Source: Macrostomum lignano
Taxonomy: Eukaryota
Reading direction: 5' to 3'
Assembly (NCBI GenBank): GCA_002269645.1
Contig: NIVC01000941.1
Span: forward strand, 27,299-91,298
Length of the DNA stretch: 64,000 bases
The position numbers were made by a program, and so were the translations under genes. Under the pieces are notes generated by a model. That model had not been told where the DNA came from. It did no database searches and saw only the letters and a program-made list of their open reading frames with translations. Of the stretch, positions 12,801 to 25,450 are shown piece after piece (the stretch's first letter is position 1; the number at the start of each line of letters is the position of its first letter).

Positions 12801-15267
12801 TCTGAACAGCAGGCAGAGAGGCGGATCGAAGTCATTCACGGAATAGGGAGGCGGGCATGGGGACAGCCGGAATGGGAAAAGAAGATCACTTATCAGGGAG
12901 GCCCTCATGCGAGCTAATGCGCGGTGACACTGTCTGGGGGGCTGGCAGGGGCTGTCTGGATTTGTCAGCTGGTGGCGCAGTAGGGCAGAATTAAGAAGCC
13001 AGTCGGCCTTGTTGATATGGGATTTTTGAGTTTACAGATTTTTTTCTCCCGCAACCACCAGCAAATCCCAAAGAAAATTGTTTGTGTTCTTGAGCAACAG
13101 CATTTTTCTAAATATTAGTGCGCCCAACTCTATGCTTTGTGATTTGGGATAAAACTCTCAGGTTTTTTAGCTCAAAACTTTTGGCAAGAAATGCATACAA
13201 TTATCTTTTGTAAATGGTAAAAATGACTAAATCGAAGCATTAAAAATGGCTCTATAAAACCAATAACAATGACTCAATCAAATCAGTAACAATGACTCAA
13301 TCAAACCAATAACAATGACTCAATCAAATCAGTAACAATGACTCAATCAAATCAGTAACAATGACTCAATCAAATCAGTAACAATGACTCAATCAAATCA
13401 GTAACAATGACTAAATCAAATCAGTAACAATGACTCAATCAAATCAGTAACAATGACTCAATCAAATCAGTAACAATGACTAAATCAAATCAGTAACAAT
13501 GACTCAATCAAACCAATAACAATGACTCAATCAAATCAGTAACAATGACTCAATCAAATCAGTAACAATGACTCAATCAAATCAGTAACAATGACTCAAT
13601 CAAATCAGTAACAATGACTCAATCAAATCAGTAACAATGACTAAATCAAATCAGTAACAATGACTAAATCAAATCAGTAACAATGACTAAATCAAATCAG
13701 TAACAATGACTCAATCAAATCAGTAACAATGACTCCATCAAATCAGTAACAATGACTCCATCAAAGCGTGGATTATGAAAAAGGACATTAGCCAGTTTTA
13801 TTCATGAGAACAGTCAAAACGCTAAAGGATTGATAATCTGTCTCCGATCCCGTGGCCAAGATGGTTGCCTAAAGGATTTCTTAATCCGGAATCAAGCAAA
13901 GACCCCACTGAATTTTGCATTCGTTACGGACCAGCTTGTTAGAAATGACTAAAATTTCTAAGAATTCTCTCCGAGCAGCTGTGCCAGCAACCGTGGCGCT
14001 TTGAATAAGTGCTAAAAATACAAAAAAGTCGTAGCACTGCTAGACGCTCGGATCTAAGATTGCCACTGCATCAGGGAGGCTGGATAGTTATAATATAGTT
14101 ACTTTAAATCAAGTTGACTTTGGGAGGACTTTGACTTTTAACCTCGATCCCTCCAATAATAAATCCCACCATGGATGTTCGTCCGTTCTTGAACCATTAC
14201 TTTAGAGTCTTGCCCCACCCAAACATGTTTAAGTTATTTTTAAGTATCAAATTAAGAGTACATTTAAAGCCTTCGAAGCCCCCTCCCCACCCGGCACAGG
14301 TATCCACCTGTGCGACCTGTGGATCTGCTTCGACATTCTGTGCTGCACGGCGTCCATCCTGCACCTCGTAGGCATTGCGGTTGACCGCTACTGGGCTGTC
14401 ACCAATGTCAACTACGTTCGGGTGCGCAGCGGCAAGCGCATCGGCCTCATGATCGGCGCCATGTGGGCGATCAGCATGGCCATCAGCATCCCGGCCAGGT
14501 ACATGAACGAGGAGAAGCGACGAGGGGCGATCCGCAAAGGCGAGTGCAACATCAACGACGGCTGGTTGTACACCATTTTCAGCACGGTGGGCGCCTTCTA
14601 CCTACCCATGCTGTTCATGATCGCCATCTACATCCGCATCTACCAAGCGGCTCGAAAGCGCATTCGGAAGAAGGCCTTCAAGCACCCGCAGGCCACGTCC
14701 GCCACCGCCACTGCCATCCCTATGTCTGTCAGCGGCTGTCGCGGCGGTCACTCAGCAGCCGGAGAAGATACTGACGCTCCTGACGCCGATGACGACATTG
14801 ATGGCGATCCCGCTGGCGACTCAGGCGGCGGCGGCAACGGCGGCGGTGGCGGAAGCAGCGGTGGAGGCGGCAACAACCGAGGCAACAGCGGCAGAGGCAA
14901 ATGCGACAGGAGTCACAATGGTCGCCAGGCGTTGCTGATGACGCCGCAGACTCCACAGTCCCGGGCCGCTCAGAGAAGGGAGCGGCTTGAGCAGAAACGA
15001 GAGCGGAAGGCGGCGAGAACCCTGGCAATCATCACCGGCTGCTTTCTGGTGTGCTGGTTCCCCTTCTTCCTGAGGGCGGTGATCTGTCCTTTCCGCAGTG
15101 CCCAGTGCCGCAGCCTCATCCCGGGCTATGGACACTCGCTGATCCTGTGGCTGGGCTACATGAACAGCCTGCTCAATCCCATCATCTACACGATCTTCTC
15201 TCCAGACTTTAGGAACGCCTTCAGCAAAATTCTATTTGGTCGGTACCGAAGGCGAGGCTTCCGCTGA
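2292..15267 (+). CDS. 5-HT1: 5-HT1-like serotonin/aminergic GPCR, join(2292..2543,9973..10081,14300..15267), about 442 aa
   Basis: GT-AG exons join in frame. Motifs: TM1 GNVFV, TM2 LAVAD, TM3 Asp3.32 (FDILCCTASILHL), DRY, TM5 STVGAFYLP, Gly-rich ICL3, ERKAARTL, CWFPFF, NSLLNPIIY. The start codon could be another nearby ATG. Confidence 0.9.
3572..4068. repeat. 39-bp minisatellite (GCTTGTCTCACCTGGCTCATGACCACTTGTCTAATCTTT) x~13
   Basis: Tandem units; explains the repetitive ORFs at 3689-4224. Confidence 0.95.
5260..6538 (+). mobile_element. Degenerate Ty3/Gypsy LTR-retrotransposon relic (gag plus integrase Zn-binding region)
   Basis: KIGEFG..***EAYEERLKQFLVVN at 5260-5370 with in-frame stops. 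SDFVASLRSLTATCD..FVVGLRN..EEKLTL gag-like segment at 5782-5970. YYQNGWP..YFRKRNEL / LWGVRVIIP..LELLHGRHP..ARLYAWLPGIDKAIE..CQ integrase H2C2-like region, broken by frameshifts. RT is missing. Confidence 0.75.
6827..6859. repeat. (GA)n microsatellite
   Basis: Direct reading. Confidence 0.95.
7067..7483. repeat. 27-bp minisatellite (ATGGCAAGGATGACAAGGATCACACTG) x~15
   Basis: Tandem units; source of the MARMTRITL and CHQCDPCHP repeat ORFs. Confidence 0.95.
7969..8312 (+). mobile_element. tRNA-derived CORE-like SINE, copy 1
   Basis: tRNA-like head with A box (TAGTCAGAGCG) and B box (GGTTCGATTCC). Central GTGTCTTTGAGCAGGACACTTAA...CAGTT...TATAAAATGGG resembles the MIR CORE domain. AT-rich tail. 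A second copy lies inverted at 31822-32120. Confidence 0.8.
10884..12780 (-). mobile_element. TIR-bounded THAP/P-element-superfamily transposon derivative within intron 2 of the 5-HT1-like gene
   Basis: Perfect 37-bp inverted repeats (10884-10920 and 12744-12780) flanked by a 7-bp direct repeat GCCCAAC (10877-10883 and 12781-12787). It encloses a THAP-transposase reading frame. Confidence 0.85.
10991..12443 (-). pseudogene. THAP-domain P-element/THAP9-like transposase, frameshifted and 3'-truncated
   Basis: THAP C2CH domain MVKACSAYGC..FHSFP..W..ICSRHF at 12443-12228. One extra base near 12250 shifts into the frame carrying LKQGAVPSIF, CLPSDRTLR, VLAIDEIYI and VCVDNAAVN. The frame stops just after FDPVHL, so the later catalytic regions are absent. 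Confidence 0.85.
13254..13762. repeat. 23-bp minisatellite (AATGACTCAATCAAATCAGTAAC) x~22
   Basis: Tandem units. Confidence 0.95.
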
Positions 15268-17122
15268 ATCAATCGGTGGCCGCAAAGATTTTCTGGCATA
15301 GCGGGCTCCTGCAGAGAAATTGAGGAGTCGGAGTTGTCGATGTTGATTTCACAGTTGACAATAAAAGTCCGCACTGCGAGTCAGATTGTAGAACCGCATG
15401 ACTCTGTTTTCATTCGTCCGCCCCTATCTATCTTCCATCTCTCCGCTTTGTGTTATCCTCCCTTCTTCGATTTTGACCGCCTCCTTTGCTCAGTCCGCAG
15501 ATTTGCTCTAGCATCAGCTCAGCCGGGCCATAAAGCCTAGTAAAGTAGGCGTCAAGTCAGGCAGGGGGCTTAGGCAGCTGGGAAGCGGCAGACATTTCGC
15601 CTTGATCCTGGCGGCTAAGCGGCGATCAGCTATCACGCGCCTCCAGATCCCCGTCTGCCGGCTTCCCACCAAAGTTCTGTTCTGGTCGAAGGATCCTCAA
15701 ATGCCAGACGGTGAGGCGGCAGCCGGAGAGGCGCGGATAATTGGGACGGCTTTGCGCGCCATTTCGGAGCGAGCGCGCGGCAGTTCGGAAATTCCCGGGA
15801 TTTGCGGCGACGAAATGCGGGCAAAGCCGGAGAGAGAGGGAGAGCAAATGCGGAGAGTTGGCCCTGGCCGGAGAGCGAGTTGCGCATCGCTCACACAGAC
15901 AGCCGGGCCCTATTAGTCACCAATGCGAGGATATCCAGCCAAGCTAATTTCCTGCGCGCTCCTGAGGCAGATAGAGGGCAGGAGGAGAGGGTGAACCAGA
16001 GTTCGAGGCTAGAGAATAGAACGTGCTCAGGACCGCTTGATTGACAGCCGCGGTTTCTCTGTGGCCCTGCTAGCACTCTCCAATCACCTTCGCTTCGTCA
16101 AGTGGTACTTTTAGCAGTTCGTTGCCCACACAGCGGATGTGAAATAAGAATATTCAGACGGGTATTAATTAGCCCAGACCCGTCAAAGGATCCCCGTGTC
16201 CCATCTGCGCCTGTTTGCACTGCGCTCACTAGGCTGTGGGATCGCATCCGGCAACATGGTATTAAGAAATCCAAGCAGTCAAGCTAAAAGCAGAGGTCGA
16301 ACTGACCAGAATTCTTAAGCATACATAACGATGTTTATCTTCTTGCTTTTTTTACATTCTCAACCCATTTGCTGTTGTGTTTGTTTCCTTTCCTTATACT
16401 CGAATTTCTTACAGTTTCCATTGAATTGAGCTCGAATCCGTCAATGAATATCCCAGCTGCTTGTTTTACACGTTATGAGCATGCAGAGTGTCTGAAGTTC
16501 CCAGTGTACATAATCCTGTCATGCACATACTAATTTAGTCTAAAAATACTCGTAGCTCCGACCCAAGATTTTGTTGCAACTGACCTTGCCAGTGTTGATT
16601 TCTTGCTTAGCGATAGAGTTGATGGTGACCTTCGGCCCCCACGCTGATAGCACCGCTTTATTGCATAATGAGACTTCTCGCTCACCGTGGCGCCACTGAA
16701 ATATATCTATGTGCAAGAACTTCGCTACTAGCTTGTATTTTTTTGTTTTAAAGCCCACAGAAAACAACAGTGTGGACTTTGACGCTCATGTACATGTATC
16801 TTTATTTTTGTGGCTGGGCGATTTATGCATTTTGCTATTTATTATGCACTTGTACGCTGGGCAGAGAAGCTCTAGCGGCGTCCGTCTAGCTCTCCCCAGG
16901 CCAAAGTACCAAGGCTCGGTACAAAACATTGGCCCTGGGGCTTGTGCGACCCTCGTCCAGGAAGGTCAACCCTCAAGGAGCAGAGAGTGTACATGGCCGA
17001 TGATTAAAAGTCAAGGCCGCTGTACAGTCTGTGTGAGCGTGTGCCTGCGTACGTATCGGTGTGCGTGTGCGTACTGAGAGGTCAGCGAGAGGGGCATGAC
17101 TAAGGATGACGTGCACATCCTT

Positions 17123-17575
17123 CGAACAACAACAACAACAAAAAACATTGTCAGCCAATCAAGTGTGGGACAATGTCACCAGGCGCGTTTAAGGGCCTGG
17201 GCGCGAACGTAGGCCGCACCGCCGGGGCCAGCAGCAGGGAGTCGACGAAACGCCGGGTGCGCGCCTGCCCCGCCGGTAGGGTGCCTGCAGCGTCAGCAGC
17301 AGCACCTCCTGCACCGGCTGTGGATAGTACGACTCAGCTCGGATAATATGGCCTGGCAGCTGCATTCGCCGACGGCGCAACACTTCACTGGGGGTGGAAC
17401 AGGCCGGTGCGGCGATAGAGTGCCGCATTGGTGACTCGCTCGTAGCTGATCTTGAAGGCGGCGCGTAGCAGGCCAGCGTGCGCCGCATCAACCTGCTGTT
17501 CGAGCGACTCCGTCAGCGTCCAGGTCTCGGCGTTGTACAGCAGGACGGTCTCGATCACCGCCTGGAACAGCAAGT
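17123..17575 (-). mobile_element. 5'-truncated RTE-like LINE fragment (C-terminal RT region, 3' UTR and (TTG)n tail)
   Basis: VIETVLLYNAETWTLT..AHAGLLRAAF..VTNAALYRRTG / RRRRMQLPGHIIR..PYRRG across a frameshift. The (CAA)n tract at 17123-17146 is a minus-strand tail. Confidence 0.75.
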
Positions 17576-17579
17576 ATGC

Positions 17580-17802
17580 TATTGTTGATCTAAGGATGAT
17601 GTACACATCCTTGGAAGCCATTGTTGATCATCCTTGGGCATGACTAAGGGTGATGTACACATCCTTGGAAGCCATTGTTGATCATCCTTGGGCATGACTA
17701 AGGGTGATGTACACATCCTTGGAAGCTATCGTTGATCATCCTTGGGCATGACTAAGGGTGATGTACACATCCTTGGAAGCTATCGTTGATCATCCTTGGG
17801 CA
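17580..17802. repeat. 54-bp minisatellite x~4 at the 5' junction of the LINE fragment
   Basis: Unit TTGTTGATCATCCTTGGGCATGACTAAGGGTGATGTACACATCCTTGGAAGCCA, period 54. Confidence 0.9.
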
Positions 17803-18447
17803 TGGCTAATTTCCCGTTCACTGGCTACGGGTGAGCTGTCGCCATGGTTAAAATTACTAACTATGAGGTATCGAACCCGAATGTAAGGCATTGCATCAGC
17901 ACATTGTCATTATGTTTCATCTACAGACAGTTGAGCACCTGAAGCTGCACATGCATACGGCCGGCTGTATGATCGGTTTTCAAAAAAAAACATCTCCACC
18001 GATTTTCACCGAACTTACACCATTGGATTGTTGAAACTATTATCTACTTACTTCTGTCAAACTCTTACTACTAGGGATGAGTAGTATTGATACCTTACCC
18101 TAGCATCGAATCGAACTGTGTGGCAAATGGAACAAAAAAGATGCTTCACTCATTTCATTTGCAATGTGACCGATGGAAGACATTGAAACCAGAAGCTAAG
18201 CTATCATGAACTAACAGCTACAGGTGCAAAAGCAAAACAAAGCTGCTTTTGTACTTGAAAGCTACTCGAAGTTTGAATTTCTTCAGGCCATGACTTCTCG
18301 TAGATCAAAAGAAATAAGTTAAAATCACGAAATGCTACTCTTTTATCAGTAATTTATTTTGGAAATTTTGAAATACTGCACAAAAGCCAGAAACCAAGCT
18401 AATAACAAAATCATTCCTAAGCTTTAATAACAATTTGACGTTCAGTA

Positions 18448-18937
18448 GCATGCTAATGGTCACTAGCAAGCTAATGGTCACTAGCAAGCTAATGGTCACT
18501 AGCAAGCTAATGGTCACTAGCAAGCTAATGGTCACTAGCAAGCTAAAGGTCACTAGCAAGCTAATGGTCACTAGCAAGCTAATGGTCACTAGCAAGCTAA
18601 TGGTCACTAGCAAGCTAAAGGTCACTAGCAAGCTAATGGTCACTAGCAAGCTAATGGTCACTAGCAAGCTAATGGTCACTAGCAAGCTAATGGTCACTAG
18701 CAAGCTAATGGTCACTAGCAAGCTAATGGTCACTAGCAAGCTAATGGTCACTAGCAAGCTAAAGGTCACTAGCAAGCTAATGGTCACTAGCAAGCTAATG
18801 GTCACTAGCAAGCTAATGGTCACTAGCAAGCTAATGGTCACTAGCAAGCTAATGGTCACTAGCAAGCTAATGGTCACTAGCAAGCTAATGGTCACTAGCA
18901 AGCTAATGGTCACTAGCAAGCTAATGGTCACTAGCAA
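18448..18937. repeat. 18-bp minisatellite (GCTAATGGTCACTAGCAA) x~27
   Basis: Tandem units with occasional AAGGTC variants. Confidence 0.95.
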
Positions 18938-19670
18938 GTCAGTCAACACGAAGGAGTGCTGAAAAATTAATCAAACAGAGTAGCGCTTTTTGTACTAATA
19001 GTAAACATCAAAGAAACGCATTATTGGAACAATGACTGCTAGAAGCCTATGTTGAAAATAAGTGCGTGAGACGCAGCTGAGTGTAAAACATCGACTGTTT
19101 CTAATATTGTTTACGCTTAACACTATAGTTGTGCTAGCAGTAACACTAAACACTAGCAACGCTAACACTAAACAGGTGCAAACACAAGCAGCGAAACAAC
19201 GGGACGGGTTTGGTGCCAAGAGCTGCGATAAACCTTCGAATTAATACGAACAAGACTTGAACTGTTGTCCAATGAGGTGAACACAATGGGCGTAAAAAAG
19301 ACAAAAAAGTTGATTATGACGCAGGTTGAAACGTGGCTTGTTTGGTCAGCTGCTCAATTTCGATTGCACTCATACAACAAGTACCACGACAAAAACACTC
19401 CAAGCAATACGGCTATCGCATCTTATCCCCGGGACAAAAAGGTCGCACTCTGTCCAATGTTTTTATGAGCTAAGAATACCCAGCCATAAAGGAATTTTCA
19501 CAAAGATAAATTTAGCTCCGCATATTCGCGTCAACAACATTTATGAACGATGAGATAATTCAACGGTTGTGTCGGGTTCTCCGTCAGAAAAATTCAGTTT
19601 TAAAAGAAGCGAACTCGCTATTTATCCGGTTTCAATGCGTTTCACGCGTCAAACTGCCCAGCTCGTTTCC

Positions 19671-22600
19671 TCAGTCGTTCGGACTGCCACCGGCCAGTGG
19701 AATGGCTCGATGGTGGCGCCACGGTTGCCGCACTCGCCACTCGGGCGGCTGCACCATCAGCATCATAGCCGGCGGGGTGGCGGCTTCCCCTCCCGCCGCT
19801 GCCGATGACATTCGGCGACGCCGGTGACGGCGCTGCCTCCGGCCGGCGGGTAGGAGTTTTCTGGCCACGGCTGGACAGCAGAGGCGGTAGAGCGCGGCGC
19901 GGAACTGCCTACTGAACGAGTAGTAGAGTAGGATGTTGCAGGCGGAGTTGAGGATCACGAGCAGGTTGGCTACGTCGCCAAAGCAGACGAAGCCGGGGCT
20001 GAGCTTGGACCGAACCGGAGCGGGCGTCTCCATGCCGGTCATGTTGGCGAAGGGCCACAGGATGTGGTGCACCCCGGATTGCGACTCTTGAGTGCTGGAC
20101 AGATTGGCGAGCGGCCACGCCAGATGCGGCACGGCAGTGGGCGAGTCCGGCTCCGACAGGTTGGCGAAGGGCCACAGAATGTGGTGCACGGCAGCCGGCG
20201 TCTGGCAGAATATGAAGAAAAAAACCACCGCCACCAGCATCCGGTTCGTGTCGCGACGACCAGAAGAGACGCCGCGACCGCCGTCACGGCCGCCGCCGCT
20301 ACCTCTGTCACGCCGATCGATGCGCACGGCTCCGGCGCCTCGGATGGCGCCGGCGCGCCGCATCTCACACATAAGCAGCGCGTTCATGATGCCAATGCAG
20401 AGCAGCGGACCGAGAACCACCAGCAGCAGCCATACTATCAGGTGGTAGCCAATGCGGAAGGCTCCAGACGATCCGACAGGTGAGATAATGTACCACTGCA
20501 GCTTGGAGACTGACAGCGGCTCCATCACCTGCCCGAGCAGCTTGCTGCTGTTGTCCTGATGCGTACTGTTCAGGTAGAAAAGCTTCATATCGTTGGTGAA
20601 GAGAGTATACTCAAAAAAGCGAGGCAGGCCGATTAGAAAGGCGCAGACCACAATCAGCACCACGGCCACGTGGGTGGTGCGTCGGGTGCAGTGTCGGTCG
20701 CCAGCAAGGCGGTGGCAGATCATCACGTAGCGGTCTGCCGTCAGCGCCACGGTCAGCCAGTTTGACATAACCTGAGCAGCCAGACGGTCGGAGATGGGCA
20801 TCCTTAGTAAGATGTAAGATCTAGGATGGTGTCCCTGGACTTGACTTGGGGTTCAGCATCCATGGCGGCCAAGACCTAAGACACTCAAGACGTGTGATGA
20901 AGCAATGCGCAAAGAATTTGGATTCACACTAAATTCATTTTTATTTCTAAGAAGTTTAAGAGTTCTTTCTGGAATTGATCTATTTTAATCGCTTGGCAGA
21001 TCCAACTTGGTGGCTACCTTGGTCAGTGTGGCAATGCTGCCTCGAAGGGGGGTTCAAATAGTTTTTGTCGTTCGGCCAGTTAAAAAGCTTTTTTGATAAT
21101 TTTTAGGCATAGTAAAATAACTTTAGAATGGAATATATAGGATACAGCGTTTTTATGTCTTTTTAAGTGCATCTTTTTACATGAATTCCAAGAACCCCCC
21201 ATCGGATTTTCAGCGAAATGGACAGTCAATCACCCTCGCCAACCAGCGGCATCCGGGCGCTGCGCGACCGACGGCAGAAGTGCATTGATTGCCAAGGGGA
21301 CTATGGTGAAAATTTAAAGTTGAGTTCAAATGCTCTAATTATGTAAACGACAAAAATTTTTGAACCACCCCTCGTAAATAAATCGAATAACAAAGAAATG
21401 TAGAGCAAATTGTACTCGTAGGAATGTTTCTAAGAGTGAGTGAGCAAGCACTGCTCGGGATTCGTGAAGGGCTTCGGACTACCGGGCTTCCCCTATGAAA
21501 TTTGTAGCCACGGAAACTTGCGCGAGAAATTTGCAGGCAGTTCAAATGCTTCCAATTTTCTTCAACATTTCAAAATCAAAGCCAATGCCAATGCTAGACG
21601 GGTAAAAGGTACATGCTTTTTAATCTGCGCTAGTCGGAAGAGCTTTTTTTACGAATATTTTACTTCCGAGGTGCAGTGAAAGCTAGAAAGAAGTTTGCTT
21701 AACTAAAATTTACTCAGCCTCAGTATGGCCAATTCGCATCAATATTCTTCTATCTCAAATGGAACCAGCCAGTCGTTATATTTCGAGAAAGCACCACAGA
21801 GCGTCCGTCTCCCTGCCCCCAACTCAACGGGAAGTGAATGGCTTCGGGCCGGGTTTGCTTAGCGAATGAATGGATCCTGCCTTTCCGGAACCGAGCCTGC
21901 ATATACACAGTAGCTCTGCTACAGTTCCCGTTCCGGAGGAATTCCCCCGGGAAGAATCTCGCCAGCTCGTGCCAAGTCACACGTGACGTCGTCAGCGGGC
22001 CAGTCCGCTAAATTGCTGTGACATCCGCGATGAGGGCGCTGGGGGCGAAGGATCAGGGGAGCAGGGAAGAGGCGATGGGTGTGATAGCCCGACCCGCCTA
22101 GACACTAAGAACTGATGCTTATCCTTGGCATAAGTTCCCGGAGAGAGCTCACGTCTCAGCCCCCAGGGCGATGCGCGGATGATTTTTGATGAGGGATTTT
22201 AGCGCAAACAGCGTGCCTGAGTCTGGAATTCGAATAGGCATATGTACGAGTACATGTTATGCAAGCGAGAGACAAAAAACTCAGAAGCGAAAGATTGGGA
22301 CGAGTGCAGCTGCTAGACTGACGTAGGCGACTATGATTGAACTATGCTGAGACACTTACGAGTAGTATGCCTTTACCTGAAACACCTGACTAAGCGCATG
22401 GATATAGATGTACGCGTGAGGCAGGGCCGACCAGCCCAGCCAGACGAAGGGCTCGGCCACGTGGAACTGCGTCGACGTGTCCTTGATGAAGATGACCAGA
22501 GAGGAGAGCAGCACGAGACTGTCTGCGATGGCCAGGGCGCACAGGTACAAGCGGGTGTTGTAGCGGATCCTGGAGCGCTGCACAAGAACGGTGAGAGCGG

Positions 22601-22712
22601 TCAGATTGGCCAGAATGCCGGCGCAGCTCACAGAGGTTCCGGTGACGCCGAGCACAGCGAAGCTGAATCGCCGCATCTGCAACTCGTACGGCGTGGCCTG
22701 CATGTCCGCCAT
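19671..22712 (-). CDS. FMRFamide-receptor-like rhodopsin-family peptide GPCR, complement(join(19671..20771,22377..22712)), about 478 aa
   Basis: Phase-0 GT-AG intron (FQ|VMSNW). Motifs: TM1 GILANLTAL, TM2 LAIADSL, TM3 WLTVALTADRY, TM6 FFIFCQTP, and TM7 LNSACNILLY with no Pro, typical of the FMRFaR/srw-like peptide receptor group. Confidence 0.85.
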
Positions 22713-24431
22713 GGCTGCGTATGGGCCCTGAGGTTGGAAAGAGGCTTCAGGTTAACTAGCAATCCAGGCTGCTTCGCTGTTGCAATAACTGATAAGACAC
22801 CACAGTACGTATCGCATTGATTTTTTAATTACTGACCAGTTATCAAACGCATGAGTAAAGCTCACGACAAGTCATGAGTATAAAGAAAGGCAGCATCTAG
22901 GAACCTAGTTGAGTCAAACTCTGCCATTCTAGACTTGTTTGCCGTTTCTGAAAGTTCTAGAAGTTGCAAGGAGACATGCACTGCAAGGGGCGGGCTGCAT
23001 CAATACGAGTGTATAGTTTGGGATTCGTGCGCAGAAACTGGCCCGGTGTTTGTTGAGCGATTTACGCCCACTAGAGCCAAACCCAATGGCACAGAGCGGG
23101 TACAGATCTGGCCACGAGAAAGTCAGGGCCGCGGTGCGTGCTCAGGGTCAGCGAAATTGACGTTTCAATTGACGTTGATAATTGCACCAACATGATGTTT
23201 ATACGAGCGTAGAACTTTGCATGACAGGTAATCATAACATCTGTACTGAAAACCCTGGATGCCTTCAATCTGATGCCAGTAATCTATCTATCAAGCATGG
23301 CAGGATACGCGCTCTCGCCTGTCCCCAAAGCAAACACAGACCGTCTGCATGCGATGTCAGGAGGAACACAAACGGAACAAATAAGGAGGCTTGAAACTCA
23401 CGCTAGTTGAAAGTCGATAGGCGCTGGGGCACCGGGCTGAGCACTAGTCTGATGCATAGGCAGATCACTGCATGTGAGCTCAGGGCGGGACTAAGCTACG
23501 GGCTTGGCTCAGAAATTAAACTCGGAACGGGAGATGGCGAGTGGCTGCACCCTGCAAGCCAATAACCCGCCGACAGAGCAGCTTTCCTAGAACTCGACTT
23601 CCAGCCCCTGTGCGCCCAACCCTGAGGTGGGCAGTGTCTCTCTCTTTGCAGTTCGGCGGAGCAGCTGGGACAGAATATTCATTGTTAGCCAGTTAAGCGG
23701 AGCATGACAAAACAGCTGGCGCTACAGCCAGGAAGTAATGAAGCGGGTTCGGGCGAATTAAAGAGATCACAGGAAGCTGCTTCTGTGCATTACTATATGC
23801 AACTAAGTGAACTCCGAAAGGAGCTTTATTCGATTAACTTGGCCGCAAACGCTGTCACTACCCTACACAGGCATGCGATGCGGATTAGAAATGAGGGGCT
23901 TCAAAGAGCATGGCATGGAATGCTAAATCTGGCATCGATCTACGCAATCTGTGCGGCAAGGAACTCAAAGGACAGTCAAGAGCCGGAGAGCAAAGGACCC
24001 CAATGGAAGTGAGCCGCTGTTAAAGTGCAAATTAAGAGAAATTCAAATCAATTCGATTCAAGACAACGAGTCGATCACGAGCGTCAAAGCAAGAAAACAG
24101 ATTCCCTAAAAATAACACGCAGCAGGTGCAATAAAAAACGCCGGAGGGATCATTAAATTTGCAATGAATGCTGGATCACAATCATCCATAGCTGGTCAAT
24201 GCGTCAATGCCTTCTGGGCTGACTAAGCCCGTCTGTCTGACAATTCCACTGCATCATGCGATGCCGATAGTCAGTCAGGCATATTTAATCAGAAGTGTAC
24301 AAACTTTCCCAAAAACAGGAATATAGAAAACAAGTGAACTATTTACTCGTAGTATTTAATTAATGTTGAAACAAACTGAACTAAATAACCAGGAGTCAGA
24401 CAGGTAGGCCTAAATCTGTGTATTTAAGGCA

Positions 24432-24908
24432 TTTGTTTAGGGGTTTCAGTGTGATTAGATAAGACGAGGAGGGGTGAAATGCGCGACTGAGGAAAGAGGC
24501 GAGAACGGAGAGCCAATCAGAAGTCAGCGAGGGAGAGAGAGATAACAATAACATGATTGAACTAGACAGAGAGGGAGAGAAAACAGATTAAATATTTAGG
24601 GGTTTGAGTGTAATTAGATAAGACGAGGAGGGGTGGAGTGCGCCACTGAGGAAAGAGGCGAGAACGGAGAGCCAATCAGAAGTCAGCGAGGGAGAGAGAG
24701 ATAACAATAACATGATTGAACTAGACAGAGAGGGAGAGAAAACAGATTAAATATTTAGGGGTTTGAGTGTAATTAGATAAGACGAGGAGGGGTGGAGTGC
24801 GCCACTGAGGAAAGAGGCGAGAACGGAGAGCCAATCAGAAGTCAGCGAGGGAGAGAGAGATAACAATAACATGATTGAACTAGACAGAGAGGGAGAGAAA
24901 ACAGAGTA
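24432..24908. repeat. 159-bp tandem triplication
   Basis: AGCCAATCAGAAG recurs at 24511, 24670 and 24829. Confidence 0.9.
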
Positions 24909-25302
24909 AACAGAGAAGTGAAGGTGAAATCAGAAATGACTAAGAAAGTCGCGACAAGGGAACTCATGGTTTGATCGAATAACTGCCTAATTCAATCAGG
25001 GCATGAGATTCTTGTGAGAACTTTGAAAAGCAGCTCAAAGCCTTCTCTGCTGTACAGAGTGGCCCAGACAAAATAGGTAAGTGGCAGCTAAAAGTCGATA
25101 AGCTAAAAGAGGTGCTAATTTTCTGAGTCTCCGAGGCTCGATGACGAGCCACGTCTACAGTTTGGCACAGAAAGAAAGCCGCGCACAGAAAGGATTCAGT
25201 ATCGTGGGAGCTCTTACAATGGACAAGTAGACAAATAACGAGACAAGACGGGGAAGCAATAAAACTTGCAGCAGTTTCTTAAGAGGTGTACTTATAGATG
25301 TG

Positions 25303-25450
25303 CCTAAGAGTGCTAGCAGGGGTTGCCAGAGTGCTAGCAGGGGTTGCCAGAGTGCTAGCAGGGGTGCCAAGGAGTGCTAGCAGGGGTCAAAGAGTGCTAG
25401 CATGGGTGCTGAAGAGCGCTAGCAGGGGTGCTGAAGAGTGCTAGTAAGGG
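25303..25450. repeat. ~21-bp minisatellite (AGTGCTAGCAGGGGTTGCCAG) x~7
   Basis: Tandem, slightly diverged units. Confidence 0.85.
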
